A stretch of 57,682 nt of DNA, taken from an uncultured Piscirickettsiaceae bacterium (GTDB taxonomy: Bacteria; Pseudomonadota; Gammaproteobacteria; Thiomicrospirales; Thiomicrospiraceae). This document shows positions 48,284 through 57,682 of the stretch, piece by piece. The position numbers and the translations under genes were made by a program. Below the pieces are notes generated by a model. That model did no database searches. It saw only the letters and a list, made by a program, of their open reading frames with translations, and was not told where the DNA came from. The stretch lies in the NCBI GenBank assembly GCA_964405635.1, contig CAYOOU010000001.1, positions 1 through 57,682 of the forward strand, written 5' to 3'. Position 1 is the first letter of the stretch; each line of letters starts with the position of its first letter.

Positions 48284-48589
48284 GTGGCTAAGAAATCAAT
48301 GATTGCACGTGAACTTAAGCGTGCTAAGACGGTCGAAAAGTATGCGGCAAAACGTGAAGCATTAAAGAAGGCATCAGTAGACCCTTCTTTAAGCTTTGAA
48401 GAGCGTATGGATGCGATGGAAAAGTTGAATAAGCTTCCCCGTAATGCTTCTCCTGTTCGTCGTCAGCGCCGCTGCCGTATTACAGGTCGTCCACATGCAG
48501 TATATAGAAAATTCGGTCTATCCCGTAACATGCTTCGTCAGTTAGCGATGCAAGGTGATGTTCCTGGTTTAAGAAAAGCAAGTTGGTAA
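48284..48589 (+). CDS. rpsN: 30S ribosomal protein S14
   Basis: 101 aa; GTG start; [19 protein letters not shown]. Confidence 0.97.
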   Translation: MAKKSMIARELKRAKTVEKYAAKREALKKASVDPSLSFEERMDAMEKLNKLPRNASPVRRQRRCRITGRPHAVYRKFGLSRNMLRQLAMQGDVPGLRKASW

Positions 48590-48601
48590 GGATTAAAGAT
48601 T

Positions 48602-48997
48602 ATGAGTATGTCTGACCCAATAGCAGATATGTTAACTCGCGTTCGTAACGCGCAGATGGCTGAGCACAGTAATGTGAAAGTTCCAGCCTCTAAAGTCAAA
48701 ACTGCTATCGCAAAAGTTTTAACGGATGAAGGCTATATTGCTTCATACAATGTTGAAGAGAATAATGGTAAGCCTCAACTAAACTTGGAACTTAAATATT
48801 TCCAAGGGAAGCCAGTAATTGAAATGATTAAGCGTGTAAGCCGTCCAGGTTTGCGTGTTTATAAAAACAAAGATGAGCTTCCAAAGGTTATCGGTGGTCT
48901 TGGGATCGCTGTCGTATCAACATCAAAAGGCATTATGACTGACCGTGCTGCACGTGCTGCAGGAATCGGTGGTGAAGTCATTTGCTATGTTGCTTAA
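48602..48997 (+). CDS. rpsH: 30S ribosomal protein S8
   Basis: 131 aa; [17 protein letters not shown]. Confidence 0.98.
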   Translation: MSMSDPIADMLTRVRNAQMAEHSNVKVPASKVKTAIAKVLTDEGYIASYNVEENNGKPQLNLELKYFQGKPVIEMIKRVSRPGLRVYKNKDELPKVIGGLGIAVVSTSKGIMTDRAARAAGIGGEVICYVA

Positions 48998-49009
48998 AGG
49001 AGATTAAAA

Positions 49010-49549
49010 ATGTCTAGAATTGCAAAGTCTCCCATCAGCATCCCATCCGGTGTTGAAGTTTCTGTCGCTGCAGATAATACTGTGACGGTAAAAGGCTCTA
49101 AAGCAACTTTAACCAAGAAATTTAACCCAAAGGTAACCATCGCAAATAATGACGGTGTGCTTACTTTTGCACCTACAGAAGGTGCGGGGCCAACTGGTTG
49201 GGTACAGGCTGGTACAGCTCGCTCAATCATTGATAACATGATTACCGGTGTTACTAAAGGGTTTGAAAAGAAATTGCAGTTAGTTGGTGTAGGTTACCGA
49301 GCTCAAGTTCAAGGTAGCAAGATTAACCTAACGCTAGGTTTCTCTCACCCTGTTGAACACCAGCTTCCAGAGGGTATCTCTGCAGAAACCCCATCACAAA
49401 CTGAGATTGTGATTAAAGGTGCTGATAAGCAAGTAGTCGGTCAAGTGGCTGCAGAAATTCGTGCTTATCGTCCACCAGAGCCTTATAAAGGCAAAGGTGT
49501 TCGTTATGCAGATGAGTATATTTTACGTAAAGAAGCTAAGAAGAAATAA
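49010..49549 (+). CDS. rplF: 50S ribosomal protein L6
   Basis: 179 aa; [17 protein letters not shown]. Confidence 0.98.
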   Translation: MSRIAKSPISIPSGVEVSVAADNTVTVKGSKATLTKKFNPKVTIANNDGVLTFAPTEGAGPTGWVQAGTARSIIDNMITGVTKGFEKKLQLVGVGYRAQVQGSKINLTLGFSHPVEHQLPEGISAETPSQTEIVIKGADKQVVGQVAAEIRAYRPPEPYKGKGVRYADEYILRKEAKKK

Positions 49550-49564
49550 GGCTGGGAATTCGAA

Positions 49565-49918
49565 ATGGATAAGAAGAGTACCCGCATTCGTAGAGCTAAG
49601 AAGACTCGCGCAAAGATTGCTGATTCAAATAAGGTTCGTTTATGCGTTCATAGAACACCAAAGCATATTTACGCTCAGCTTATTTCAGCAGATGGATCGC
49701 AAGTGCTTGCTGCTTGCTCTACTGTACAAGCGGAAATTAAAAAAGAATTAAATTACACTGGTAACAAAACTGCTGCACAACTAGTAGGTAAAGCAATTGC
49801 TGAAAAAGCAAAAGCAGCGGGTGTTGACACGGTCGCATTCGATCGTTCAGGTTTCCAGTATCACGGTCGTGTTCGTGAGCTTGCAGATGCTGCTCGTGAA
49901 AATGGTCTTAATTTCTAA
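49565..49918 (+). CDS. rplR: 50S ribosomal protein L18
   Basis: 117 aa; [16 protein letters not shown]. Confidence 0.97.
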   Translation: MDKKSTRIRRAKKTRAKIADSNKVRLCVHRTPKHIYAQLISADGSQVLAACSTVQAEIKKELNYTGNKTAAQLVGKAIAEKAKAAGVDTVAFDRSGFQYHGRVRELADAARENGLNF

Positions 49919-49934
49919 GTTAAAGGATTAAATT

Positions 49935-50444
49935 ATGTCTTCACATGAAATGAGAGATGACCAGGACGGCTTGATCGAAAAGTTAGTTTCTGTTCGCCGT
50001 GTTGCTAAGGTTGTAAAAGGTGGTCGTGTCTTTGGTTTCTCCGCACTTGCAGTTGTTGGAGATGGCGAAGGTAAAGTTGGTTACGGAAGCGGAAAAGCTA
50101 GCGAAGTACCTGTTGCGATCAAAAAAGCAATGGAAAAAGCGCGTCGTACCATGCGTGATGTACACCTTAACAATGGCACAATCCAATACCCAATTAACTA
50201 CAAGCAAGGTGCTGCCAATATCATATTGCTACCAGCTTCTGAAGGTACTGGAGTTATTGCCGGTGGTGCTATGCGTGCTGTACTAGAAGCTGCTGGTGTT
50301 AAGGATGTACTATCTAAGTGTATTGGTACCACGCGTCCTGTAAATGTTGTACGTACTACAGTGAATGCCTTAACCTCTATGAACAGTCCTGAGCTAATTG
50401 CTGCAAAGCGTGGCAAAACGGTTGATGAAATTCTAGGTGAATAA
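49935..50444 (+). CDS. rpsE: 30S ribosomal protein S5
   Basis: 169 aa; [32 protein letters not shown]. Confidence 0.98.
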   Translation: MSSHEMRDDQDGLIEKLVSVRRVAKVVKGGRVFGFSALAVVGDGEGKVGYGSGKASEVPVAIKKAMEKARRTMRDVHLNNGTIQYPINYKQGAANIILLPASEGTGVIAGGAMRAVLEAAGVKDVLSKCIGTTRPVNVVRTTVNALTSMNSPELIAAKRGKTVDEILGE

Positions 50445-50445
50445 G

Positions 50446-50631
50446 ATGTCTGAGAAGAAGATTAATGTAACACTGGTTAAGAGTTTGTTCGGTCGCCTAC
50501 CTAAGCATAAGGCTTGTGCTAAAGGTTTAGGTTTGCGCAAAATGCATCAGACTGTTAGCGTGATTGATACACCTGAAAATAGAGGGATGATCAACAAAAT
50601 CTCCTATTTGCTAAAAGTTGAGGAAGCCTAA
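50446..50631 (+). CDS. rpmD: 50S ribosomal protein L30
   Basis: [32 protein letters not shown] from ATG 50446 (the track GTG start is 50437). Confidence 0.95.
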   Translation: MSEKKINVTLVKSLFGRLPKHKACAKGLGLRKMHQTVSVIDTPENRGMINKISYLLKVEEA

Positions 50632-50632
50632 A

Positions 50633-51064
50633 ATGTATCTGAATACTTTAAAGCCTGCTGAAGGGGCAACAAAGGCTAAGAAACGTGTTGGTCGTGGCCA
50701 AGGTTCTGGAAATGGAAAAATGGCTGGTCGTGGTCACAAAGGGCAAAAGTCACGTAGTGGTGGATTCCATAAGGTAGGATTTGAAGGTGGGCAAATGCCA
50801 CTACAACGTCGTCTACCAAAAATTGGATTCACTTCTCGTAAATCTGCTGTAACCGCTGAAGTTCGTTTAGACGAACTCGCAAAGGTTGAAGCAGAAGTAA
50901 TTGACGTCGCTGCCCTTAAAGCTGCAAACTTGATCTCAGGTAAAATCAAGTTTGTTAAAGTGATTAACTCTGGCAAGCTTGAAAAGCCTGTTAAGTTAAG
51001 TGGTATCCGTGCGACAACTGGTGCTAAAGCGGCCATTGAAGCTGCGGGTGGTAGTGTAGCTTAA
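50633..51064 (+). CDS. rplO: 50S ribosomal protein L15
   Basis: [29 protein letters not shown] from ATG 50633 (the track start is 50618). Confidence 0.96.
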   Translation: MYLNTLKPAEGATKAKKRVGRGQGSGNGKMAGRGHKGQKSRSGGFHKVGFEGGQMPLQRRLPKIGFTSRKSAVTAEVRLDELAKVEAEVIDVAALKAANLISGKIKFVKVINSGKLEKPVKLSGIRATTGAKAAIEAAGGSVA

Positions 51065-51066
51065 TC

Positions 51067-52377
51067 ATGAATAACTCTATGCTTTCTTCAGGAATGGGTG
51101 AGTTAAAACAGCGCATCTGGTTTGTACTGGGTGCGCTGATTGTATATCGGTTAGGAACTCACATTCCGGTTCCTTTAATCGATCCAGTTGCTTTGGCTGC
51201 GATGTTTGAACAGCAAAAAGGCACAATTTTAGACATGTTTAACATGTTCTCTGGGGGAGCGTTACAGCGTCTCTCCATCTTTGCTCTGGGAATTATGCCC
51301 TATATTTCTGCCTCTATTATTATGCAGTTATTAACGGTTGTATCACCAAGCTTAGAGCAGTTGAAGAAAGAAGGTGAATCTGGTCGCCGTAAAATTACCC
51401 AGTATACCCGTTTGGGGACGGTTGTTTTAGCAACCTTCCAGGGACTTGGTGTCGCGGTAGCATTGGAATCACAGAACATCAATGGGATGTCTGTAGTTAT
51501 TGATCCTGGCTTTTTATTTAAGTTGATTGCTGTAACCACTTTGGTGAGCGGCACAGTTTTCTTAATGTGGCTGGGTGAACAAATTACAGAAAGAGGCATA
51601 GGGAATGGCATTTCCTTAATCATCTTTGCTGGTATTGTTGCTGGATTGCCAAAAGCATTAGCGGGAACTTTTGAGCAAGTGAATACTGGTGCACTACATC
51701 CTATTACCGTTTTTGTTTTATTGGCATTAGTTGCGGCAGTGATTGCATTTGTTGTTTTTGTAGAGCGTGGTCAAAAGCGAATTCCAGTCCACTATGCACA
51801 GAGAATGCGGGGCCGAAAACTTTATGGTGGTCAAGAAAGCTTCTTACCACTTAAGTTAAATATGGCTGGGGTTATCCCACCCATTTTTGCTTCAAGCATT
51901 ATTTTATTCCCTGCTACTTTGGGTGGATGGTTCGGTTCAGCCGAGAACATGGGGTGGTTAAAAGATTTAGCGTCTACGCTTTCTCCTGGTCAACCCCTTT
52001 ACATTATGCTCTATGCTGCAGCTATTATTTTCTTCTGCTTTTTCTATACTGCGATTGTCTTCAATCCAAATGAAATTGCAGATAACTTAAGAAAATCTGG
52101 TGCCGTTATTAAAGGACTACGTCCAGGTGAACAAACAGCACGCTATATTGACAGTGTAATGAGTAGATTGACCCTAGCAGGTGCCATTTACATTACCTTG
52201 GTCTGTTTACTACCTGAGTTCTTAATCCTTTATTGGAATGTTCCTTTCTATTTTGGAGGAACATCACTACTGATCATCGTCGTTGTGGTGATGGACTTTA
52301 TGACTCAAGTTCAAGCTCACCTTCAATCTGGTCAGTATGAAAATATGATGAGTAAAGCAAATTTAAAAGGAAAATAA
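51067..52377 (+). CDS. secY: Preprotein translocase subunit SecY
   Basis: 436 aa; 10-TM; [25 protein letters not shown]. Confidence 0.98.
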   Translation: MNNSMLSSGMGELKQRIWFVLGALIVYRLGTHIPVPLIDPVALAAMFEQQKGTILDMFNMFSGGALQRLSIFALGIMPYISASIIMQLLTVVSPSLEQLKKEGESGRRKITQYTRLGTVVLATFQGLGVAVALESQNINGMSVVIDPGFLFKLIAVTTLVSGTVFLMWLGEQITERGIGNGISLIIFAGIVAGLPKALAGTFEQVNTGALHPITVFVLLALVAAVIAFVVFVERGQKRIPVHYAQRMRGRKLYGGQESFLPLKLNMAGVIPPIFASSIILFPATLGGWFGSAENMGWLKDLASTLSPGQPLYIMLYAAAIIFFCFFYTAIVFNPNEIADNLRKSGAVIKGLRPGEQTARYIDSVMSRLTLAGAIYITLVCLLPEFLILYWNVPFYFGGTSLLIIVVVVMDFMTQVQAHLQSGQYENMMSKANLKGK

Positions 52378-52417
52378 AGGGGATAAACCTTTTACTTTCC
52401 TAGATATTTACATGGAA

Positions 52418-52441
52418 GGCTGATATAATCAGCCGTTTTTT
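52418..52441 (+). terminator. Hairpin plus T-run between secY and rpsM
   Basis: GGCTGAT-ATA-ATCAGCC followed by GTTTTTT. Confidence 0.6.
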
Positions 52442-52468
52442 GAAGATGGATTTAGAGGAGCGTCACAG

Positions 52469-52825
52469 ATGGCTCGTATTGCCGGCGTAAACATTCCACT
52501 TAACAAGCATATTGTTATTGGTTTAACCTCAATTTTTGGTGTAGGTTTGACCACTTCCAAGAATATTCTTGAGAAGACTGGCATTGACCCTACAACAAAA
52601 GTTAGAGAGTTAACAGAAGATCAACTCGAAGCGATTCGTCAAGAGCTTTCAAATTATAAGATTGAAGGTGACTTGCGTCGTGAAGTTTCTATGAATATTA
52701 AGCGTCTTATGGATATGGGATGCTACCGTGGTATTCGCCACCGTCGTAGCTTGCCAGTTCGTGGTCAGCGTACTAAGACGAATGCACGTACACGTAAAGG
52801 GCCTAAGCGTCCGATTAAACGATAA
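52469..52825 (+). CDS. rpsM: 30S ribosomal protein S13
   Basis: 118 aa; [26 protein letters not shown]. Confidence 0.98.
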   Translation: MARIAGVNIPLNKHIVIGLTSIFGVGLTTSKNILEKTGIDPTTKVRELTEDQLEAIRQELSNYKIEGDLRREVSMNIKRLMDMGCYRGIRHRRSLPVRGQRTKTNARTRKGPKRPIKR

Positions 52826-52846
52826 GCAAAACTTGCGAGAAAAATT

Positions 52847-53236
52847 ATGGCAAAAGCAAAAAGTCGTGTAAAAAAGAAGGTAAAACAGGTTGTAACCGAT
52901 GCGGTTGCACACGTTCATGCTACTTTTAACAATACAATCATCACCATTACCGACCGTCAAGGTAATGCCCTCTGTTGGACTACCTCTGGTGGAAGCGGTT
53001 TCCGTGGTTCTCGTAAAAGTACACCATTCGCTGCTCAGGTTGCTGCAGAAAAAGCAGGCCAGTTAGCGACAGAATATGGTGTGAAGAACATGGAAGTAAT
53101 GGTTAAAGGACCAGGACCTGGTCGTGATTCTGCAGTGCGTGGTTTACACTCTGTAGGATTTAAAATTACTTCAATTTCAGATGTGACGCCTATTCCTCAT
53201 AACGGATGTCGTCCACCTAAGAAACGTCGTGTATAG
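52847..53236 (+). CDS. rpsK: 30S ribosomal protein S11
   Basis: 129 aa; [24 protein letters not shown]. Confidence 0.98.
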   Translation: MAKAKSRVKKKVKQVVTDAVAHVHATFNNTIITITDRQGNALCWTTSGGSGFRGSRKSTPFAAQVAAEKAGQLATEYGVKNMEVMVKGPGPGRDSAVRGLHSVGFKITSISDVTPIPHNGCRPPKKRRV

Positions 53237-53247
53237 GATTATTTCAA

Positions 53248-53868
53248 ATGGCTAGATATATTGGACCAAAGTGTAAACTTGCTCGTCGTGAAGGCACAGA
53301 CTTATTCCTAAAAAGTGGAATTCGTAGCATTGAATCAAAGTGTAAAATTGATCAAATTCCTGGCCAACACGGTGGTCGCAGAGCAAAAGTAACTGAGTAT
53401 GGTCTTCAGTTACGTGAAAAGCAAAAAGTGCGTCGTATCTACGGAGTTCTTGAAAAGAAATTCCGTTTGTATTACAAAGAAGCAGACCGACGTAAAGGCT
53501 CAACCGGTGTAAACTTACTACAGATCCTAGAAAGTCGTTTGGATAATGTAGTTTACCGTATGGGGTTTGCCTCAACACGTGCTGAAGCGCGGCAGTTGGT
53601 TTCCCATAAGGCAATTGCTGTGAATGGACAAACTGTAAACATCCCTTCTTACGAAGTAAAACCAGGTGATGTGATCTCCGTTCGTGAAAAAGCTAAAAAC
53701 CAACAGCGTATTAAAACTGCAATGGACCTAAGAACACAAATGGGTCATGTTGGATGGGTTGAAGTTGATGCAGACAAATTGGAAGGGACCTTTAAGAACC
53801 TACCAGATCGTTCTGACTTATCTGCGGATATCGCTGAAAACTTAATTGTAGAGCTTTACTCTAAGTAA
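53248..53868 (+). CDS. rpsD: 30S ribosomal protein S4
   Basis: 206 aa; [24 protein letters not shown]. Confidence 0.98.
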   Translation: MARYIGPKCKLARREGTDLFLKSGIRSIESKCKIDQIPGQHGGRRAKVTEYGLQLREKQKVRRIYGVLEKKFRLYYKEADRRKGSTGVNLLQILESRLDNVVYRMGFASTRAEARQLVSHKAIAVNGQTVNIPSYEVKPGDVISVREKAKNQQRIKTAMDLRTQMGHVGWVEVDADKLEGTFKNLPDRSDLSADIAENLIVELYSK

Positions 53869-53900
53869 AACAGTTTGAACACAAACGGAGACAGCGTCTG

Positions 53901-54881
53901 ATGCAAGAGATGTTAGAACAACTATTAACACCAAGACTGGTCGATATTCAATCAACCGATGAATATCACAGCAAGGTGACGCTTGAACCATTAGAACGTG
54001 GTTTTGGTCATACACTTGGAAATGCATTAAGAAGAATTTTACTGTCTTCTATGCCGGGTGCAGCAATCACCGAAGTTCAGATTGATGGCGTCCTTCATGA
54101 ATACTCAACCATTGAAGGGGTTCGTGAGGACGTGTTAGAGATTCTTTTGAACCTTAAGGAAGTAGCGATTAAGCTACATGAAGGGACAGAAGCAGAGCTC
54201 TCTTTGAATGTGGTGGGTCCTGCAGTGGTGACTGCTGGCGATATCAGCGAAACCCATAATGTGGAAGTTGCCAATAAAGATTTGGTAATTGCCCATTTAG
54301 GTGAAGGCGCTGTGTTGAATATGAAACTAAAAGTTGAAAAAGGTATGGGCTACCGTACCGCAACACAATCTGATGACAACACCATTGGTGTATTGAAATT
54401 GGATGCCAGCTTTAGCCCTGTTCACACAGTTAGCTATGAAGTTCAGAATGCCCGTGTAGAACAGCGTACTGACCTGGATAAGTTGATTATCGATATTACC
54501 ACTGATGGTACGCTTAATCCTGAAGATGCGATTAAGCAAGCTGCTACGGTTCTTCATCACCAGTTGAATGCTTTTGTTGACTTGAAGCACAAAGAAGTTG
54601 CAGAGCCTGAAGAGGAAGAGAGTGAATTTGATCCGATCTATCTTCAGCCTGTTGATGATCTAGAGTTGACAGTACGCTCAGCCAACTGCTTGAAGGCAGA
54701 GCAAATCTACTATATTGGTGATTTGGTACAGCGTGCCGAATCGAATCTATTAAGAACCCCTAACTTAGGGAAGAAGTCCTTGCAAGAGATCAAAGATGTC
54801 CTTGCACAACGAGGGCTCTCTTTGGGTACTAAGTTAGAGAATTGGCCACCAGCTAGTTTGGTGAGCAAAGAAACTGCATAA
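53901..54881 (+). CDS. rpoA: DNA-directed RNA polymerase subunit alpha
   Basis: 326 aa; [28 protein letters not shown]. Confidence 0.98.
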   Translation: MQEMLEQLLTPRLVDIQSTDEYHSKVTLEPLERGFGHTLGNALRRILLSSMPGAAITEVQIDGVLHEYSTIEGVREDVLEILLNLKEVAIKLHEGTEAELSLNVVGPAVVTAGDISETHNVEVANKDLVIAHLGEGAVLNMKLKVEKGMGYRTATQSDDNTIGVLKLDASFSPVHTVSYEVQNARVEQRTDLDKLIIDITTDGTLNPEDAIKQAATVLHHQLNAFVDLKHKEVAEPEEEESEFDPIYLQPVDDLELTVRSANCLKAEQIYYIGDLVQRAESNLLRTPNLGKKSLQEIKDVLAQRGLSLGTKLENWPPASLVSKETA

Positions 54882-54896
54882 TTAAAGGAAGCTATC

Positions 54897-55274
54897 ATGC
54901 GTCATCGTAAGAGTGGTCGTAAATTAAATCGAAATAGCTCGCATCGTAAAGCGATGTTCCGTAATATGTCGGCATCTCTCATTGAACATGAGGTGATTCG
55001 TACAACCGTTGCTAAGGCTAAAGAATTGCGTTCTGTTGCAGAACCGTTAATCACTTTGGCTAAGAACGACTCTGTACACAACCGTCGAATTGCGTTCTCT
55101 CGCCTTCGCGACAAAGCAGCTGTAGGAAAGCTTTTCTCTGAGATTGGTCCTCGTTATACAGACCGTCCAGGTGGGTATATCCGTATTTTGAAGTGTGGCT
55201 ATCGTCCAGGTGATAATGCACCTATGGCGATTGTTGAATTGGTTGATCGACCTGTTCAGCAAGAAGAAGCTTAA
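54897..55274 (+). CDS. rplQ: 50S ribosomal protein L17
   Basis: 125 aa; [24 protein letters not shown]. Confidence 0.98.
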   Translation: MRHRKSGRKLNRNSSHRKAMFRNMSASLIEHEVIRTTVAKAKELRSVAEPLITLAKNDSVHNRRIAFSRLRDKAAVGKLFSEIGPRYTDRPGGYIRILKCGYRPGDNAPMAIVELVDRPVQQEEA

Positions 55275-55290
55275 TTAAGCTTTAATAAAA

Positions 55291-55314
55291 GGCCGTTTAT
55301 TAACGGCCTTTTTT
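55291..55314 (+). terminator. Intrinsic terminator of the alpha operon
   Basis: GGCCGTT-TATT-AACGGCC followed by TTTTTT. Confidence 0.8.
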
Positions 55315-55332
55315 CTACCTTCAATTTATCCC

Positions 55333-56103
55333 ATGATTGACACTCACTGTCATCTCAATCAGGTTCACTCGGAACAACTGAACCAAATTCTAAATAATCC
55401 AGAAAGCCCCAGCATTATCGCTGTTTCAACTACTTTAGAAGATTCAAAACTTACCCTTGAAATTTCCCAAAGTTGGGCTAATTCACAGCATTATCCTCTT
55501 CAAACTATTTACCCTGCAATAGGATTGCATCCTTGGTTTCTTCCAGACTCTGAACAACAAGTTCTAGCACAACTGACAGACTTAGAAGCCTTGATAGAGT
55601 CAAAACGAGAAGTGTTAGTTGCTATTGGTGAGATCGGTTTGGATTATCATCCTAAAATTAAAGTTTCCCACTCTCTACAGTTAAAAGCCTTTGAGTTACA
55701 ATTGAAATTTGCTCAGAGATGGCAGCTTCCCGTTTCAATCCATGCAGTGAAGAGTCACTCAGCTGTTCAACACAGTTTAAAACAGTTTCCTAAGGTGAAA
55801 GGGGTCATACACGGTTTTTATGGCAGTCTCGAGTTGGCGAAATCTTATGTCAAGCTGGGATTTAAAATCGGTATTGGTCCCTTTATTTGTCGTGAAGGCT
55901 CAAATAGACATAATGTCGTCCAAGGATTAGCACTTGAGGAGATGGTGCTGGAAACAGATTTTCCCAATACACAGAGGTATGGCATACAACAGCCTGCTGA
56001 CATCGTCATGATTACTAAAAAAGTGGCAGAAATTAAGCAATTGCCCCTTTCTGTTGTACAATCGGTTTGTGATCAAACTGCAAAAGATATTTTTTCGATA
56101 TGA
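55333..56103 (+). CDS. TatD family metal-dependent hydrolase
   Basis: 256 aa; MIDTHCHLNQ N-terminus, GEIGLDY, SIHAVKSH. Confidence 0.88.
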   Translation: MIDTHCHLNQVHSEQLNQILNNPESPSIIAVSTTLEDSKLTLEISQSWANSQHYPLQTIYPAIGLHPWFLPDSEQQVLAQLTDLEALIESKREVLVAIGEIGLDYHPKIKVSHSLQLKAFELQLKFAQRWQLPVSIHAVKSHSAVQHSLKQFPKVKGVIHGFYGSLELAKSYVKLGFKIGIGPFICREGSNRHNVVQGLALEEMVLETDFPNTQRYGIQQPADIVMITKKVAEIKQLPLSVVQSVCDQTAKDIFSI

Positions 56104-56840
56104 GTCATCATTTTTTAGAGTCGGCTATTTTTGAGCGTAGCCGCTTGGTTTTTAGTGATCAAGGGATTGAGAACCTTATCAATAGTCATGTCTTTTTAGC
56201 CGGCGTAGGCGGTGTGGGTGGTTTTGTTGCTGAGGCCTTAGCAAGAGCCGGAGTTGGTCGGATAACCCTTATAGATCAAGATGTCGTTGGAGGCTCCAAT
56301 CTAAATCGCCAACTGGTGGCACTTCACAGTACTTTAGGGCGACCAAAAGTGGAGGTGATGGCTGAACGTATATTGGATATTAACCCGCACTGTCAGGTAG
56401 AGACTTATCAAAGGTTTTTAACGCCTGATGATATGGAGGCTACTCTGACAGCAGGGGATTATGATTATGTAGTGGATGCCATAGATAGCCTAAACTGCAA
56501 GGTAGCGTTAGTGTCCACAGCCTATCGTTTAAAATTGCCGGTAGTCTCCTCTATGGGAGCAGGAAGAAGAATTGACCCCACCAAAATCCATGTGGCAGAC
56601 CTGATGAAAACCCATGGCTGTGCCTTAGCGCGTAATATGCGCCAACGGTTGAAAAAACAGGGCATTGGTAAAGGGATTTTAACAGTCTTTTCCTCAGAAG
56701 TGCCCATGCCACCAGGGCCGATGGAAGCGATAGAAGGGGCACGCGGTCGAGTTGTTAATGGAACCGCCAGCTATATGCCGGGTATTTTTGGCCTGACGCT
56801 TGCTGGAGTTGTTATTCAAAAATTGGCGGAGATGAAATAA
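56100..56840 (+). CDS. tcdA: tRNA threonylcarbamoyladenosine dehydratase (ThiF/E1-like, TcdA/CsdL)
   Basis: 246 aa; VFLAGVGGVGGFVAEALARAGVGRITLIDQDVVGGSNLNRQ. 4-nt overlap with the TatD gene. Confidence 0.85.
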   Translation: MSHHFLESAIFERSRLVFSDQGIENLINSHVFLAGVGGVGGFVAEALARAGVGRITLIDQDVVGGSNLNRQLVALHSTLGRPKVEVMAERILDINPHCQVETYQRFLTPDDMEATLTAGDYDYVVDAIDSLNCKVALVSTAYRLKLPVVSSMGAGRRIDPTKIHVADLMKTHGCALARNMRQRLKKQGIGKGILTVFSSEVPMPPGPMEAIEGARGRVVNGTASYMPGIFGLTLAGVVIQKLAEMK

Positions 56841-56911
56841 AAAAGGAAGAAACGGGTCTTTTCTTAACAAAGAACTTTTGTGGTTATTCTTAATGGTTCG
56901 ATTCATAATAT

Positions 56912-57070
56912 GAGACCTTTGCACGAGTGAGACGCGAGCTAAAAATGAGATAAAATTTTCCTAATCGAGGCGGAAAATGCAGGGAATAGCCCGCTATTGC
57001 CAAGTTTTCCAACGAAGAGTAGGGGAATTTTGGCCATTTTTAGCCGTGGATTCACTTGTGCAAAGGTCTC
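56912..57070. mobile_element. MITE, family B, copy 2 (159 bp) with 5-bp target-site duplication AATAT
   Basis: Same termini as copy 1. Flanked by AATAT at 56907-56911 and 57071-57075. About 18 substitutions and no indels versus copy 1 by hand alignment. Confidence 0.85.
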
Positions 57071-57092
57071 AATATAAGATAAAAGATTTGCC

Positions 57093-57611
57093 ATGCAGAT
57101 AAATAGAAAGGGTGCTTTGCTGAAAAATGAATGGCGTGAAGTCGCTAAAAGTTCTTTTCTCCTTCACTCATGTAAAGCACTTAAAACAACCCGATTAGCA
57201 TATATAGAAAACAGCGTATCTCCAGTTTTGCGTGGAGGTCTTTTTCTGTTCTTACTGTTATTTTTCGTATTTCTCTATGCAGGGTTACTGACAGGGCAGG
57301 CAAGTAAGGTAGATGGTCAACCTGAGACCCCCATTTTGCATACAGCGCATCAAGTGCAAGACCAGCCCTGTCATTGTTGTCAGCAGATGGCAGAAGAGCA
57401 ACAGTGCTTAGTGCAAAGCTGTTCAGTCGTTTGTATTCTTATTCACGGATTTAGCTCTTTTATACAGATTGAGTGGGTTACAAGCTCTACTTTTTTCCCT
57501 ACGCTACTGTTACGTTTAACAGTGTCAACTTTTCTTTTTTTACCTAGTCCAGAACAGGAACCCTTTCTACGCCCTCCTCGTTATTACCCAAATCCTCCGT
57601 TAGAAAGTTAG
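57093..57611 (+). CDS. Hypothetical Cys/His-containing membrane-anchored protein (possibly DUF2946-like); start uncertain
   Basis: 172-aa ORF. Hydrophobic segment GGLFLFLLLFFVFLYAGLL, HQVQDQPCHCCQQ cluster, Pro-rich tail FLRPPRYYPNPP. Confidence 0.35.
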   Translation: MQINRKGALLKNEWREVAKSSFLLHSCKALKTTRLAYIENSVSPVLRGGLFLFLLLFFVFLYAGLLTGQASKVDGQPETPILHTAHQVQDQPCHCCQQMAEEQQCLVQSCSVVCILIHGFSSFIQIEWVTSSTFFPTLLLRLTVSTFLFLPSPEQEPFLRPPRYYPNPPLES

Positions 57612-57682
57612 CAAATAGCACCGCCCCTTGCCCGCTATGGACTTACAAAAAATGCCCGCTTAACCTAAGTGCAAGTCCCTAG

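Noticed and set aside
49461-49751. 96-aa ORF bridging rplF and rplR
   Set aside because: It is an alternate frame across two ribosomal protein genes.
52378-52468. Searched for a hidden rpmJ ORF
   Set aside because: The only ATG gives MEG-stop. No 38-codon frame exists here. This is reported as an absence under findings.

Overview
Mostly core chromosome of a gammaproteobacterium, about 43-45 percent GC by eye. A Thiotrichales-like guess is low confidence. From about 23.5 kb to 55.3 kb the translation/transcription supercluster is contiguous on the + strand. Its order is tRNA-Tyr/Gly/Thr, tuf, tRNA-Trp, secE-nusG, rplKAJL, rpoBC, rpsL-rpsG-fusA-tuf, then the S10, spc and alpha operons. The first 23 kb holds housekeeping and signalling genes: comM, ubiK, truD, mutM, rpmBG, radC, coaBC, bioA, two GGDEF cyclases and an intact MFP-RND efflux pair. 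It also holds one IS-scarred variable segment (about 8973-13139). That segment contains an IS5-family transposase remnant and a TetR gene fused in frame to a frameshifted efflux-adaptor pseudogene. It also contains a truncated Abi_2-type gene, an apparently intact 849-bp IS5/IS427-group element and an internal fragment of an IS256-family transposase. I found no CRISPR array, rRNA gene or convincing complete defence or novel multi-gene system. The structure not explained by genes is repeat-based. (1) An 18-nt motif, GGCAGGACTGGGGATTTT, occurs five times in both orientations, inside and outside genes, and once as an inverted pair forming the hairpin after rpoC. (2) A 159-bp palindromic MITE family has two copies, each with a clean 5-bp target-site duplication. 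One copy sits between the candidate str-operon promoter and rpsL. (3) A second MITE-like family has a 27-bp terminal inverted repeat and three copies, one of them truncated. Other notes: the two tuf genes are nucleotide-identical for 1178 nt. rpmJ is missing between secY and rpsM. A promoter-hairpin-terminator module (candidate small RNA) lies upstream of the Abi fragment.
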